A stretch of DNA of 32,000 nt from NCBI RefSeq assembly GCF_000027325.1, contig NC_000908.2:300001-332000 (forward strand). Direction: 5' to 3'. Below, in pieces: positions 20,177 to 31,186 of this stretch. The notes below the pieces were generated by a model. The model was not told the DNA's origin. It made no database searches and saw nothing but the letters and a program-made list of their open reading frames with translations. This stretch comes from Mycoplasmoides genitalium G37. GTDB taxonomy: Bacteria > Bacillota_I > Bacilli_A > Mycoplasmatales > Mycoplasmoidaceae. The position numbers and the translations under genes are program-made. Position 1 is the stretch's first letter; every line of letters starts with the position of its first letter.

Positions 20177-21052
20177 ATGAAAAACGAAATTAAATATCTT
20201 TATTCTGACTTGGATGGTACTATTGTTAGCTGAAATCCTAAAACAGAATTTGTTTATCAAAATAAAAGTTATAAAAATTTCCATGAAGTTAGTGATGCTA
20301 CTATTAGTGCTTTTTACCGATTGCAACAAAAGGGAATTAAGGTTGGTATTGTTACTGGTAGGGATTATTGTCGGGTGTTATGACTTGAAAAACAACTTAG
20401 AACAGGATTGCCTACCATTACTTTAGATGGGGCTATTATCTTTTATCAAAACGAAATCTTAAGTCAAACTTATTTAGATGATAGATTTATTGAAGGGATT
20501 AATAACATAGTAAAGCGCTTTCCTGAAGCTGCTTATAAACTTAACAGTGGTTGAATTAGTTACTTTACTAAAAACCCTTCTGTTATCTTTGAAATTGATT
20601 ATGCTTTTCTTGGCTATTTCAACCCTAACACCAAACTACAAAAAAAGTTTATAGACAGTACTGAAAATTGAGATCTTAATAAACTAAAAGTTAATCAGGT
20701 TTACTTTGATATTGATACTTGCCCCTTAGCAATGCAAAAGGAAATAATTGAACTAATTAGTGTTAGTGATGTAAATGCCAAAATCTATGAGCACTCTATG
20801 TACATTATTAAAAATGGTGTTTCTAAAGCTAGTGCATTGCAAAGCCTTAACCAGTTTGCAATTCCAATAACAAAAGATAACACTATTGTTTGTGGGGATG
20901 GAGATAATGACATTGAAATGATGCAGTGAGCTAAACACAGTGTCTCACTAATCGGTAGTAATCCCAAATGCTTTGCTCTAGCAAAATACCACACTGATAG
21001 TGTTGACAATGATGGTATTGCTAACTGGATTGAAAAAAACTTGTTATGTTAA
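20177..21052 (+). CDS. HAD-superfamily (Cof-like) hydrolase, 291 aa
   Basis: MKNEIKYLYSDLDGTIVSWNPK and C-terminal CGDGDNDIEMMQWAKHSVSLIG. Stop TAA 21050-21052 in code 4. Confidence 0.9.
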
Positions 21053-21642
21053 TTGCAATCGTAGGTAAACCAGGTGTTGGTAAAACCAGTCTATTGCAAT
21101 ATCTCAAAGATAACTATCACTTTTCAGTTTTTTATGCAGATAGTTTTATCCATGAACAGTACCAAAAAAACAATCCAGGTTATCAATTAATCATGGATCA
21201 TTTTGGCAAAGAGTTTGTCAATCAAACTGAAGTTGATCGTAAAAAACTAGCAAACTATGTTTTTAGTGATGATAAGTTAATCGAAAAACTTTCACTAGTA
21301 ACAAAACCGCTGTTAATAGCGTGAATCAAATCCTTAAAAACCCAGTTTCAAAAAAAGCTAGCACTAATAGAGATTGCTGTGATGCTTAACTATTGAAATG
21401 AATATAGATCGTTGTTTGATTATGTGATTAAATTAGAAAGGGATGATCAGCTAGTTAACTTAGCTTTACAACAACGTAATAGTCATAAAAAAGTTAAGGA
21501 TTTGATTAAAGAGCCTAATTGCAAAATAGATACAATTTTCAACAACGATTCGATTGCAACAGCTGCTTTAAAGCTAATTAAGTTGCTAGAAACTTTTTTA
21601 GAAAGAAATAAATGCCGTTGTGATTGTTGTCATATTCAGTAA
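21046..21642 (+). CDS. coaE: Dephospho-CoA kinase, 198 aa
   Basis: P-loop MLIAIVGKPGVGKTSLLQYL, YADSFIHEQY. Fragments 21046..21324 and 21412..21642 in frame. Confidence 0.85.
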
Positions 21643-22414
21643 TAAACTTAGCATTTTTTTTAGCTAAATCAGTGCCATTAACCAAAGCAACTGGCCATTT
21701 AACACTTTGAAATATTTCAACATCATTATCAGCATCACCAAAGACCATAGTCTTTTCAGGATCAAGATTATAATTATCAACTAATACTTTCAATCCATAA
21801 GCCTTATTAACATCTTTTTGCATGATATCAAGAGCAAATGTCATTGAACTCACATAGTTAATATCTTGAATTTGATCTAGTTGTTTTGCTAGAAAAGGAA
21901 CTTTTTCTCTGTTTTTAGTTACCAGTAAGATCTTTGTAATAGTATGTTGCTTAAAATCAAAATCCAAAGCTTTTTCAAACTTGTTAACTATGTAGTTATT
22001 TTCAATGAGATCAATTCCTACTATTTGACTTCTAGTTGAAAGAATTTTAGCTGAATCAAGCTCATGTGTAAAAGCAAAAACCTTTTTATCTGTATAGAAA
22101 TAAAATGTTTCTTGAAATTCCAACAACATTTGCATAATTGCAGGTATTACTTTATTATCAATAGGTTTGATATGAACTGGTTTTTCACTAGCAAAATCAT
22201 AAACAAGTGCACCATTGGAAGAAATTACAGGTAGATTTGGTGTAATAAAGGTAGCTGTGTTTCTAATTAAAATATGGCTTCTACCACTAGCAAAAGTGAT
22301 TCTAATCCCTTTTTTCTGTAAATCCTTTAAAAACTCAACTGTTTGTTCTAATGGAATTTGGTTGCTTGAAAGCAAGGTACCATCAAGGTCAAAAATAATG
22401 TTTTTCAGTTCCAT
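21578..22414 (-). CDS. HAD-superfamily (Cof-like) hydrolase, 278 aa
   Basis: MELKNIIFDLDGTLLSSNQ..., ITFASGRS, MVFGDADNDVEIFQ. Uninterrupted ORF. Confidence 0.93.
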   Translation of the reverse strand: MELKNIIFDLDGTLLSSNQIPLEQTVEFLKDLQKKGIRITFASGRSHILIRNTATFITPNLPVISSNGALVYDFASEKPVHIKPIDNKVIPAIMQMLLEFQETFYFYTDKKVFAFTHELDSAKILSTRSQIVGIDLIENNYIVNKFEKALDFDFKQHTITKILLVTKNREKVPFLAKQLDQIQDINYVSSMTFALDIMQKDVNKAYGLKVLVDNYNLDPEKTMVFGDADNDVEIFQSVKWPVALVNGTDLAKKNAKFITEYDNNHNGIYFFLKKFLAT

Positions 22415-22432
22415 TTAGCTATATACTTTTAT

Positions 22433-24811
22433 CTATTTTTTTAAAAGAACATTAATAATTCGATCCTGAACATAAACTACCCTCTCAATCGGTTGGTTGA
22501 GAATGTCATTTATCTCTTTATCCTGTTTAAATGATTCTAAAACATCTATCTCTAAACTACCTTTAGTAAATTCTTTAGCTGCTTTAAATTTGCCATTAAT
22601 TGAAAGAATAACCTTAGTTTTAGCAGTCTCAAAAAGTTGATAATCAACTAAAGAAATCGCTTGTTTAACAACAAATGGTTCAAGTCCACATTTTTCATTC
22701 AATTCTTCAGCAAGAAAGGGCGCAAAAAACGACAGTACTGTTAAAAATCCCTTTGCATAATTTAAGCTAATTTTTTTGGTTTTATAGAGAAAGTTTAAAA
22801 AGATCATCATTTCACTAATCACCAGATTTAGTTCATGTTTGTCAAGATGACAATAACTGTTTTTTAAAAACAAATTGTAAGCAAAGATTGTCTCTTGACT
22901 AACTTGATCAGTAACAACAGCATGATTAAAAAAGAAGTTATAAACTCGATCCAATCACCTTCTCATCCCGTTTAACCCTTCATCATTTCAAGTTAAACTA
23001 GCACTAATTGGGCCCATAAACATTAAGTACAACCTTAAAGCATCTGCTCCATGTGAATCAACAAGTGGTGTGGGGTTAATGGTATTACCTTTGGATTTGG
23101 ACATCTTTTTACCATCAGGACCTAACACCATACCCTGATTAATTAATTTTTGAAATGGTTCTTTTGTTGATACTAGCTTCTTGTCAAACAAAAATTTGTG
23201 TCAAAAACGGGCATACAAAAGGTGTAAAACTGCATGTTCCGCACCCCCAACATAAAGATCAACTGGAAGGTATTGATCAAATAATTTCTTCGCTTCTTTT
23301 GAATCAATTGGTCAAAAATTAGGGTTTTTAATCAACATTAAATAACCCAGATAATACCAACAAGAACCAGCTCATTGGGGCATGGTATTAGTTTCCCTTT
23401 GGTAATGGATGTTATCTTTGACTATGTTTACCCAAGCTTGATTTCTCATTAGTGGAGAATTACCACTTCCATCTGGTTTGTAATTCTCAAGTAAGGGTAA
23501 TTCAACAGGGAGTTGTTCTACCAAATGAGGAGTGTTATTTTCATCAAAAATAATTGGAAAAGGTTCGCCCCAATAACGCTGTCTACTGAAGATCCAATCA
23601 CGCAGTTTATATACAGTTGTTAATTTCGCTTTATTTTGTGAAATTAACTCATTAGTAATAGCTACTTGTGCTTCTTTAGTTGTTAATCCGTTATATGCAA
23701 ATGAATTTTGCAGCCGTTCTTTTTTATCAATGACGTTGATAATTTTCAACTTTTGTTTACGTGCGAAGAAGTTATCATTTTCATTGTGTGCTCCAACACC
23801 CATAATAGCATCTGTTCCATATCCTTCAATTACATAGTTAGCAACATAGACAGGGATCAATTCATTTGTAAGAGGGTGAATAGCATTTGTTAATAAATCT
23901 ATCCCATCATATAAAGTTGCTTTTTGCTTTAAAGTTGTGGTTTTCTGGAGTTGTTTTTTTAAAAAACTAGCTACTTTTTTATTTGTTTCTGCTATCTTTT
24001 TTGCTAACCAATGGTTGGTTGAAACTGCAAGAAAACTAACCCCAAAAATTGTTTGTGGTTTAGTTGTAAAAATTGCAATAGCTTCCTTATGATCTTTTAG
24101 TTGAAAGTTAATAGTAACACCTTTACTTTTACCAATTCAGTTCCGTTGCATCTCTTTAATTGGTTCAGGTCAATCAAGTGTATCTAAGCCTTCAAGAAGT
24201 GCATCAGCAAAAGTAGTGATTTTCAAAACTCACTGTTTCATCTTGCGTTTTTCAACTGAAAATGAACCCCTTTCACTAACTGCGTTGCCATTACTATCAA
24301 TTAAAACTTCTTCATTAGCCAATACAGTACCTAGCTGTTCACACCAATTAACATCAATATCAACTAATTCCGCTAGGTTTGCTTTAAACAGCTCACTGAA
24401 GATCCATTGTGTGTATTTGTAATAACGTGGATCAGTTGTTTTGAGACTTAAATGATAGTCATAATCAAAACCAAAACTAGTTAATTGATTAATAAAGTTA
24501 TTAATGTTTTGATCTGTTCAACTGCCAGGGTTTTGATTAGAGTTAATAGCATACTGTTCAGCAGGTAAACCAAAAGCATCAAAACCAATCGGATGGATCA
24601 CATTAAATCCTTTAGCTTTGTAATACCTACTTATTACATCAGTGATAGTATAAGCTCTAACATGTCCTAAATGTAATCCTGCTGCTGAGGGATAAGGGAA
24701 CATGTCAAGGACATAATATTTCTTTTTGTTACTATCGCTTTCAAAGCGGTTAACATCTTTGTTTTTTCATTTTTTTAACCACTTTTCTTCAATTAAATTG
24801 TGATTGTACAT
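22433..24811 (-). CDS. leuS: Leucyl-tRNA synthetase, 792 aa
   Basis: Fragments 22433..22954, 22988..23191, 23372..23860 and 24518..24703 in frame. [19 protein letters not shown] (HIGH-like), [13 protein letters not shown] (KMSKS), [16 protein letters not shown]. Confidence 0.96.
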
Positions 24812-25159
24812 CTAATTGCTTTGATAAGAACGCTTGATTGCATATTTAGTTAAGCGATAGAGTATGTCAACAATAATCGCAATAATCAAACCAAATAACA
24901 ACCCAAAGCCAACAGGGATAAAAAAGTGAACCATTGTTTTAAATAAGACTGGTTGGTTTGCAACTGTGGCATTAAACCAACTGTTAATGTTGGGAAAAAT
25001 CGTTAAAATAATCCCACTAGCATCACTGGAAGCGAGTAAATCAGCCCACTGAGCTGTTTGGTATGTATTAAGTCAAAAACTACCAATAAAAATAAAAAAC
25101 CCAATTACCATCAAAAAAACTAGGATTGCAATTTTCACTAGTTTAAACAAAAGTGTCAT
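24812..25159 (-). CDS. Small hypothetical membrane protein, 115 aa (MG267-like)
   Basis: Code 4 ORF MTLLFKLVKIAILVFLMVIGFFIFIGSFWLNTYQ...VHFFIPVGFGLLFGLIIAIIVDILYRLTKYAIKRSYQSN. Two TM segments. Stop TAG directly abuts the leuS ATG. Confidence 0.82.
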
Positions 25160-25192
25160 TGTAGTTTTCAGTAAGTTATTTCAATTATAAAG

Positions 25193-25879
25193 TTAGATAA
25201 ATTTTCAATCTAACTTTTGTAACTTTAATTTTTCAAGGATCATTTTAATAATAGTTACTATTGGTAGTTTTGCATCTATAATACAGTAATTAATCCCAAA
25301 ATCATTACAAACCGCTTCCATAAATCCAGTGTAAACCCTGTGTAAATTTTGAAAGTAAAGTTGATTTTTAGTAAAGTTATCAATCTCTACTTTGCGGTTA
25401 CGCATAAATAGTCTTTTTTCAAATAATTTTCAATCCCCATCCAAAATGACATATAAATTAGGAACCCCATGCTTATTAACTAGTTCTTTTGCTAATCTAT
25501 TTCACAGTTGGTTATAGTATGAAAAGACTGCAGGACGAATGATGTTGTGCTTAGCAAACAACCAGTCTTCAAAGATAGAACGATCAAAAATGGTTGGATT
25601 GATAGTGTTGCAATTGTTCTGGTATTTACCAAAGCGATTAAGCGTAAAATAAAGCTGAAACAAAGGTGAATAGAGCAATTCATCACTACGTTCATACATC
25701 TTTGCTAGTAAAAGTTCAACCAACTGGTCATTAGTTTCCAATTCACAAACAACTTTTGCAGCTTGAATGTGGTTAGCTAATGTATTAGCAATGGTGGTTT
25801 TTCCTAAAGCAATCATTCCCCCGATCACAATACAATTAGCAATTTTATTTGGTTGAAAATGGGGCTTTTTTAGTTGCAT
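25193..25879 (-). CDS. Deoxynucleoside (dAdo/dGuo) kinase family protein, 228 aa
   Basis: P-loop-like CIVIGGMIALGKTTIANTLANH, TIFDRSIFEDWLFA (DRS motif). Fragments 25205..25405 and 25502..25879 in frame, extended to TAA 25193 by reading TGA as Trp. Confidence 0.88.
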
Positions 25880-25925
25880 ATAAACACTTTTTAATATGTT
25901 GGGTTAAGGTTTATTTTTAATAAAA

Positions 25926-26004
25926 AACCATCACACTCACTGACAAGTCTTAATGCTGCTCCATTTCTGGCCTGACATGATTCGACTCTAATGATGTGAT
26001 GGTT
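25926..26004 (-). ncRNA. ffs: Small signal recognition particle RNA (4.5S/SRP RNA)
   Basis: Minus strand AACCATCACATCATTAGAGTCGAATCATGTCAGGCCAGAAATGGAGCAGCATTAAGACTTGTCAGTGAGTGTGATGGTT. The 10-bp terminal helix AACCATCACA/TGTGATGGTT encloses an SRP domain IV signature GTCAGG-CC-AGAAA-TGG-AGCAGC. Followed by a T run. Confidence 0.9.
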
Positions 26005-26008
26005 CTAA

Positions 26009-26014
26009 ATTCTA
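26009..26014 (-). promoter_or_regulatory. Candidate -10 box (TAGAAT) for the SRP RNA
   Basis: Minus strand TAGAAT ends about 5 nt upstream of the predicted RNA 5' end. Confidence 0.4.
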
Positions 26015-26029
26015 ACAATTATTTAAATC

Positions 26030-27052
26030 TTAATCAATTAATTTACTAACCCTGTTAATAGAATTGGATTTGGGTTGTGTAGTGCCTCTAGGCAATGAAC
26101 TTGAATTTGATTTTTTAGATGGTTTGATCGGTTCATTCTCTTGATCTAATTGCTGTTGTGACGCTGGAGTTTCTTGTTGATAATTTGTTGGCGTTGAATG
26201 ATCAAGTTTAGTAATTTCAGCTATCTTTTTTGTTAGTTTTGCTTTGGTTTTTTCAAACTGCTTAATGAAGTTAGTAAAGCCAGTCTTTGGATTCTTAGTT
26301 TCATCAAAAATGGTTGCAATAATCTCATCAAGCTTGGTGAAATCAATTTCTATTTCGGTGGTGAGCTTTTGGTGTTTTTGAAGCGAATTTACAACTAACT
26401 TATATGCTTTTTTTAATGCTTGCTTTTCTTTTTCAGCGGTTTTTAAAAGTGATTGGGTTTCACTAATTTCCCCATCTTTAAGTGCTAACTTGTCTTCAAA
26501 TACGGTTTGGATGTGTTGATCACGTTTATAAATTGCTTCATTACACTGCACTTCATATTCCTTTAACAATTCCTCTACATTAATACTTTCATGTTCTTCA
26601 ATTAGTTTCTTATTGGCTTCTTTTATTGCATGTAACTGTTTATTTAATGCTTCAATTTGGTGTTCTTTTGCTTCTACCAGCTGCTGCATTTGGATAATTT
26701 CACTTTCACTTTGTTTGAGTTGTGAGAAAAGTTCGCTGTTCTGTTGAACTTGACGGTTAATCTCTCCTTCCAAGCGTACCTTAAGTTGTTCTTGCAAACT
26801 TAAGATCCTTTTTAAACGTTCTTTTTCACTTCTCGCTTCAGGACCAAACTTTTTTAATAACAAAACAAGCATCTGGTTCCAATCAACATTTTTTGGGTTG
26901 CTTGTTCGTAGTTTGACATAAGCAGTTTTTGCTTGTTCTAAAAAAACATCAAGCTGGGCTTTGGAAGCAAAGGGAAACTTGGCTAAAAAGAAGTTAATAG
27001 TTTCTCTTCTTTGAAAGTCATCAAAGTCTCTATAGTAATCAAAATTATTCAT
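26030..27052 (-). CDS. Coiled-coil-rich hypothetical protein, 340 aa (MG269-like)
   Basis: Single uninterrupted ORF with long heptad-like Glu/Gln/Lys/Leu region (LNKQLHAIKEANKKLIEEHES...LLKTAEKEKQALKKAYKLVVNSLQKHQKL). Confidence 0.88.
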   Translation of the reverse strand: MNNFDYYRDFDDFQRRETINFFLAKFPFASKAQLDVFLEQAKTAYVKLRTSNPKNVDWNQMLVLLLKKFGPEARSEKERLKRILSLQEQLKVRLEGEINRQVQQNSELFSQLKQSESEIIQMQQLVEAKEHQIEALNKQLHAIKEANKKLIEEHESINVEELLKEYEVQCNEAIYKRDQHIQTVFEDKLALKDGEISETQSLLKTAEKEKQALKKAYKLVVNSLQKHQKLTTEIEIDFTKLDEIIATIFDETKNPKTGFTNFIKQFEKTKAKLTKKIAEITKLDHSTPTNYQQETPASQQQLDQENEPIKPSKKSNSSSLPRGTTQPKSNSINRVSKLID

Positions 27053-27431
27053 GGAAAGCTAATTCTCTAAAGAAGCTAATGATAGCATCAGGATCATTAA
27101 AGTCTAAATCATAATGGTGTCTAACATAAACACTAACAAAACTAAAGATTGCTAAAACAAAACTAGTAAAGAGAAAAAACGGGAGTTTATTGCCATGGTT
27201 TTTAACAAACAAATCTAACTTTTCATTAGCAATTTTTTTAAAACTAACTACATCACTAAACTGGTTAGGATCTAGTAAATAGTTGTTAAGATCACTAACT
27301 TTACTTTCAACCCATTCCAAGTTAGCTTGGTTATATTGAAATTCACTTTTAATAGTTGCAAAATCAGTTTTTTCAACCTTGTTCAAAATTGATTTGAAGC
27401 CATTTGTGTATTTTTGAACAAAACTATCCAT
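27045..27431 (-). CDS. Small membrane protein, 128 aa
   Basis: MDSFVQKYTNGFKSILNKVEKTDFATIKSEFQYNQ...LPFFLFTSFVLAIFSFVSVYVRHHYD. Begins right after the lplA stop and overlaps the next gene start by 8 nt. Confidence 0.75.
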   Translation of the reverse strand: MDSFVQKYTNGFKSILNKVEKTDFATIKSEFQYNQANLEWVESKVSDLNNYLLDPNQFSDVVSFKKIANEKLDLFVKNHGNKLPFFLFTSFVLAIFSFVSVYVRHHYDLDFNDPDAIISFFRELAFHE

Positions 27432-27432
27432 T

Positions 27433-28443
27433 TTACTTGTTATCAAATATTACTCCTAAGAGTTGCTCAGGTTTTAAACTGCCAAAGTAATCACTAAAAT
27501 GATCAAGTTCATTGAAGAGTTTTTCAAAGGTTTTATAATCGTACTTCTGACCAATTAGTTTTTTTGTTACTGGGGTGATATCAACAACACTTAAAAAGTC
27601 CCCATAAAACTTAATATCAACAACTGTTCCTTTCTCTACTTGAACATTGCACTCAAATAAACCAGCATTATTAAAATAACGCTTGTTTTTAAAGTTGTAT
27701 TCATAAGTTTTACCAAAGTTTCACTCCCATGATTGAAAGTGTTCTTTTGCTCTTTTTTCAACCTTTGCTAGTGCATCTTTAGTTAAAACAATTGTTTCTG
27801 CTTTTTCAGTAACAGTGAAAAAATTAATCATCTCTTCTAAAAATTTTGCTGTTGTTCAATTTGGTAAATACTCCTTTACATTAACAACGCGCTTAGCAAC
27901 ACTGTCAACACCCTTACTTGCTATCTTGGTCTTATCAACATTTAAATACTTTGCTAACTTAGAAAAGTCAGTGTCAAACAATAATGTTCCATGGACTAAT
28001 AACCTGTCTTTAGCGATATATTCAGCTAACCCAGAAAACTTCTTGTTATTAATCTCAAGGTCATTACGACCATGAAATACAGCAGGTACATTTAAGCTAT
28101 TTAAGAACTTCACCACATTTCTTGTAGTTTGTTCATAAGCATTTTCCATCACTTTACCTGTTCTTGGCAAAATAATAGAAAAACAGATGTTACCAAGGTC
28201 ATGAAACACCGCTCCCCCGCCTGAAAAACGTCTAAACAAGTTAACCTTATCACTTTCCAACTCCTTTAAGTTAACCTCAGCATAAGTATTTTGGTTTCTT
28301 CCCACCACAATAGTGTTAGCGTTCTGCCAAAAGTAGATGACCTTAACTAACTCATTTTTTCTAAATTCAGTTAGCAATCACTCCTCTAAAGCTGCATTAA
28401 AATACGGATTGAAAACAGGGGAAGTAATAATGAAAGTTTGCAT
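27433..28443 (-). CDS. lplA: Lipoate-protein ligase A family protein, 336 aa
   Basis: MQTFIITSPVFNPYFNAALEEWLL..., NTIVVGRNQNTYAEVN, RRFSGGGAVFHDLGNICFSII, KFSGLAEY. Stop TAA 27433-27435 (...EQLLGVIFDNK). Confidence 0.93.
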
Positions 28444-28453
28444 CAACTACCAA

Positions 28454-29827
28454 TTAACTAAAGTAATCAAAGATCGCTTTTTTACAAACATCAGTTACCA
28501 TTTCATTCATGGTAGGATGGGGTGAGATAGAATTGGCAATATCAAACACAGTGAGGTTGTTTTCCATCACCAAAGCAAGCTCAGCGATAATATCACTAGC
28601 AGTGCTAGCAATAATACATCCACCTAAGATAGCACCAGTTTTAGGATTAAACATCATCTTGACAAACCCATTGGTTTCATGATCTGCAATTGCTTTACCA
28701 CTATAAATAAATGGCAAGGAAGATTTGACATAATCAATCTTTTCTTTTTGCAATTCCATCTCACTATAACCTACAAAAGCAACTTCAGGATTTGTGTAAA
28801 TACAAGCAGGACACTTGTTTTTTTCAGCAGGCTTTACCTGGTTTTGGTTCAAAATTTGATCAACAGCATATCTGCCCTGTTGGTAAGCGTAGTGTGCCAA
28901 CATCATTTGCGTGTTAACATCACCTATTAGATAGATGTTTGTAGTTGATGTTTGTAGTTTTTCATTTAAAACAATTTTGTTGTTATGGTCACGTTTTAAA
29001 TCAAGTTGATCTAAACACTCTGTGTTAGCAATTCTTCCTATAGAAACTAAGATTTTATCACCAATTACAGACTGTTCAACTCCATTAACTGTGTAAAACA
29101 GTTGGTTGTTTTCAGCTCTAACAACATGAGCATTGGTAATAATCTGAACTCCTTTGTTTTTTAAGGTTTTACTTATCAGTTCAGAAACATCACTATCACA
29201 AACCTCCAAAATCCTATCAACACCTTGGATAATGGTCACTTCACTCCCTAATGAAGCAAATAAAAAAGCAAACTCAACCCCAATCACACCTCCCCCAACT
29301 ACAACAAACTTCTTAGGTACTCCCTCTAAAGCCAAAGCTTGGGTTGAGTCAATGATAAACCCAGCTTGTTGTGCTTTTTCAAACCCTGGTAAAGTTAAGT
29401 ATCTTGGTCTTGATCCGGTTGCAACAATAATGTTGTTAGTGGTGTAAGTTGTGTTGTTTACTTGCACCTTGTTTTTATCTATAACAGTAGCTTCACCTTC
29501 AATACTTTCTACCTTAGCACCCTTAATAATTGTTTTTACCCCTGCAACTAATTTATCAACTACTTCCTGTTTTTGTTTTAACAGTTGTTTTCAATCAAGT
29601 TTAGCTTGACCATTAATAGTGATACCATAATCTTTGGCATGAACTAAATAATCAATAATCTTTGCTCTTTTTAACAACGTTTTAGTTGGGATACACCCAA
29701 CATTTAAACACACCCCACCAAAGTATTGCTTTTCAATCACTAGGGTTTTAAGTTTATGTTTGCCAGCATACTCCGCAGCAATATAACCAGCAGGGCCAGC
29801 ACCCAAAATAATTAGATCATAATCCAT
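28454..29827 (-). CDS. pdhD: Dihydrolipoamide dehydrogenase (E3), 457 aa
   Basis: MDYDLIILGAGPAGYIAAEYAGKHKLKTLVIEKQYFGGVCLNVGCIPTK (redox disulfide CLNVGC), VVGGGVIGVEFA, SISPHPTMNE. No N-terminal lipoyl domain. Confidence 0.97.
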
Positions 29828-29830
29828 AAA

Positions 29831-30985
29831 TTAAGCTACTGTAAGATCAATTAATTCCTCAATTTGTTTTGCAATCTCCTTACCAAACCTACCAACATCC
29901 GCCCCATCAACCCAGCGGTGGTCTGCAGCTATTGTTAAAGGTAAGATGGTATGAACTGCAATTCCATTTTCCACTTTAACAATGCGTTCTTCTAAATTAC
30001 CAGTAGCAACAATACACATCTCAGGGTACTTAATAATAGGTGTACCTACAGCTGCTCCTAATGAACCGAAGTTAGTAACTGAAATAGTACCTTTATTCAA
30101 ATCAGTCAACTTAATCTTTTTTGTTCTAGCTTTGTTAGCTAAATCAACAATTGCTTGGGCAATTTCAACCACAGATTTGGTTTGGGCTTGCTTAATGTTA
30201 GGGACAATTAAACCTTCTTCAGTATCAACAGCAATTCCTACATTAATGTCATCATTTAAAACAATTTCGTTTTGATCAGGATCATAACTAGCGTTAAAAA
30301 CAGGGAACTTCTTAAGCGCATTAACAATTGCTTTAACAAAGAAAGCAAAGTAAGAAATTTTCATGGAATACTTACTTAAAGCATAACCATTAACACTTTC
30401 ACGATATTGTTTTAACTTGGTTGCATTAACATAAAAAGTTAATACAGTGGTTGGGATAATTGCGTGCGACTTTGTCATTGCTTCTGCAATCGCTTTACGC
30501 ATTGTTGAGATAGCAATGGTTTTCTGTTCAGTTTTACTTTCTGGTTTTTGGGTTGTTTCTACAGTAATGTTAGTACTACTTGCAACTTTAGTGTCTTTAA
30601 CAGCTGGAGTTGCATGAGGTTTTACTCCAAAGATAGGAAAGAGGTTATCAGAAACCTTAATTTCCCCTACTACTGAAGCCCCCGCTTCTTTTACCTTAGC
30701 TACTTCTTCAGTTGGTTGAGGTTTTGGTTCAACAAGTGGTGTACTAGTCTTTTCACCAATAACTGCCATCACCTGACCAATGCTAACAACATCACCAACT
30801 TTAACATTAATAGCACTAATTGTACCTGCAAAAGGAGAAGGTAGTTCAGTTGTAACTTTATCAGTTTCAACAACAAATAAAGCTTCATCTATCTTGATCT
30901 GATCACCAACTTGTTTTAAGATTTCAGTTACTTTTCCTTCATGTAAACCCTCACCAACATCAGTGAATTTAAACTCATTTGCCAT
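29831..30985 (-). CDS. pdhC: Dihydrolipoamide acetyltransferase (E2), 384 aa
   Basis: Single lipoyl domain FVVETDKVTTELPSPFAG, catalytic domain ending TIAADHRWVDGADVGRFGKEI. Confidence 0.97.
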   Translation of the reverse strand: MANEFKFTDVGEGLHEGKVTEILKQVGDQIKIDEALFVVETDKVTTELPSPFAGTISAINVKVGDVVSIGQVMAVIGEKTSTPLVEPKPQPTEEVAKVKEAGASVVGEIKVSDNLFPIFGVKPHATPAVKDTKVASSTNITVETTQKPESKTEQKTIAISTMRKAIAEAMTKSHAIIPTTVLTFYVNATKLKQYRESVNGYALSKYSMKISYFAFFVKAIVNALKKFPVFNASYDPDQNEIVLNDDINVGIAVDTEEGLIVPNIKQAQTKSVVEIAQAIVDLANKARTKKIKLTDLNKGTISVTNFGSLGAAVGTPIIKYPEMCIVATGNLEERIVKVENGIAVHTILPLTIAADHRWVDGADVGRFGKEIAKQIEELIDLTVA

Positions 30986-31041
30986 ATCGTATTGATAGTA
31001 CTTAAAGTTTAAATTTAATAGTAGTGATCTATAACAAATAA

Positions 31042-31069
31042 AAAAAGCCAGTTTAGTTACTGGCTTTTT
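31042..31069 (-). terminator. Strong intrinsic terminator between the Cys-rich micro-ORF and pdhC
   Basis: Perfect 11-bp stem AAAAAGCCAGT / ACTGGCTTTTT. On the minus strand it runs into TTTTTTTATTTG. It could also work on the plus strand. Confidence 0.75.
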
Positions 31070-31092
31070 AGTTGTTAGACAAAAATTTTGTC

Positions 31093-31164
31093 TTACTTTT
31101 TACAGCAGCTGTTGCACTTAGCGCATTCGCACTTGCATTGGCAGCATTTCTTGTTGTCTTCCAT
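31093..31164 (-). CDS. Candidate cysteine-rich micropeptide, 23 aa
   Basis: ATG 31164 to TAA 31093: MEDNKKCCQCKCECAKCNSCCKK, 8 Cys of 23 residues, in the pdhB-pdhC intergenic region. Confidence 0.5.
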   Translation of the reverse strand: MEDNKKCCQCKCECAKCNSCCKK

Positions 31165-31186
31165 CACTTTAATTTATGAAATGAGG

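Noticed and set aside
29982-30275. 97-aa plus-strand ORF opposite pdhC, and similar shadows at 29154..29447, 28679..28930 and 31362..31547
   Set aside because: All are antisense to conserved pdh genes with no recognisable features.
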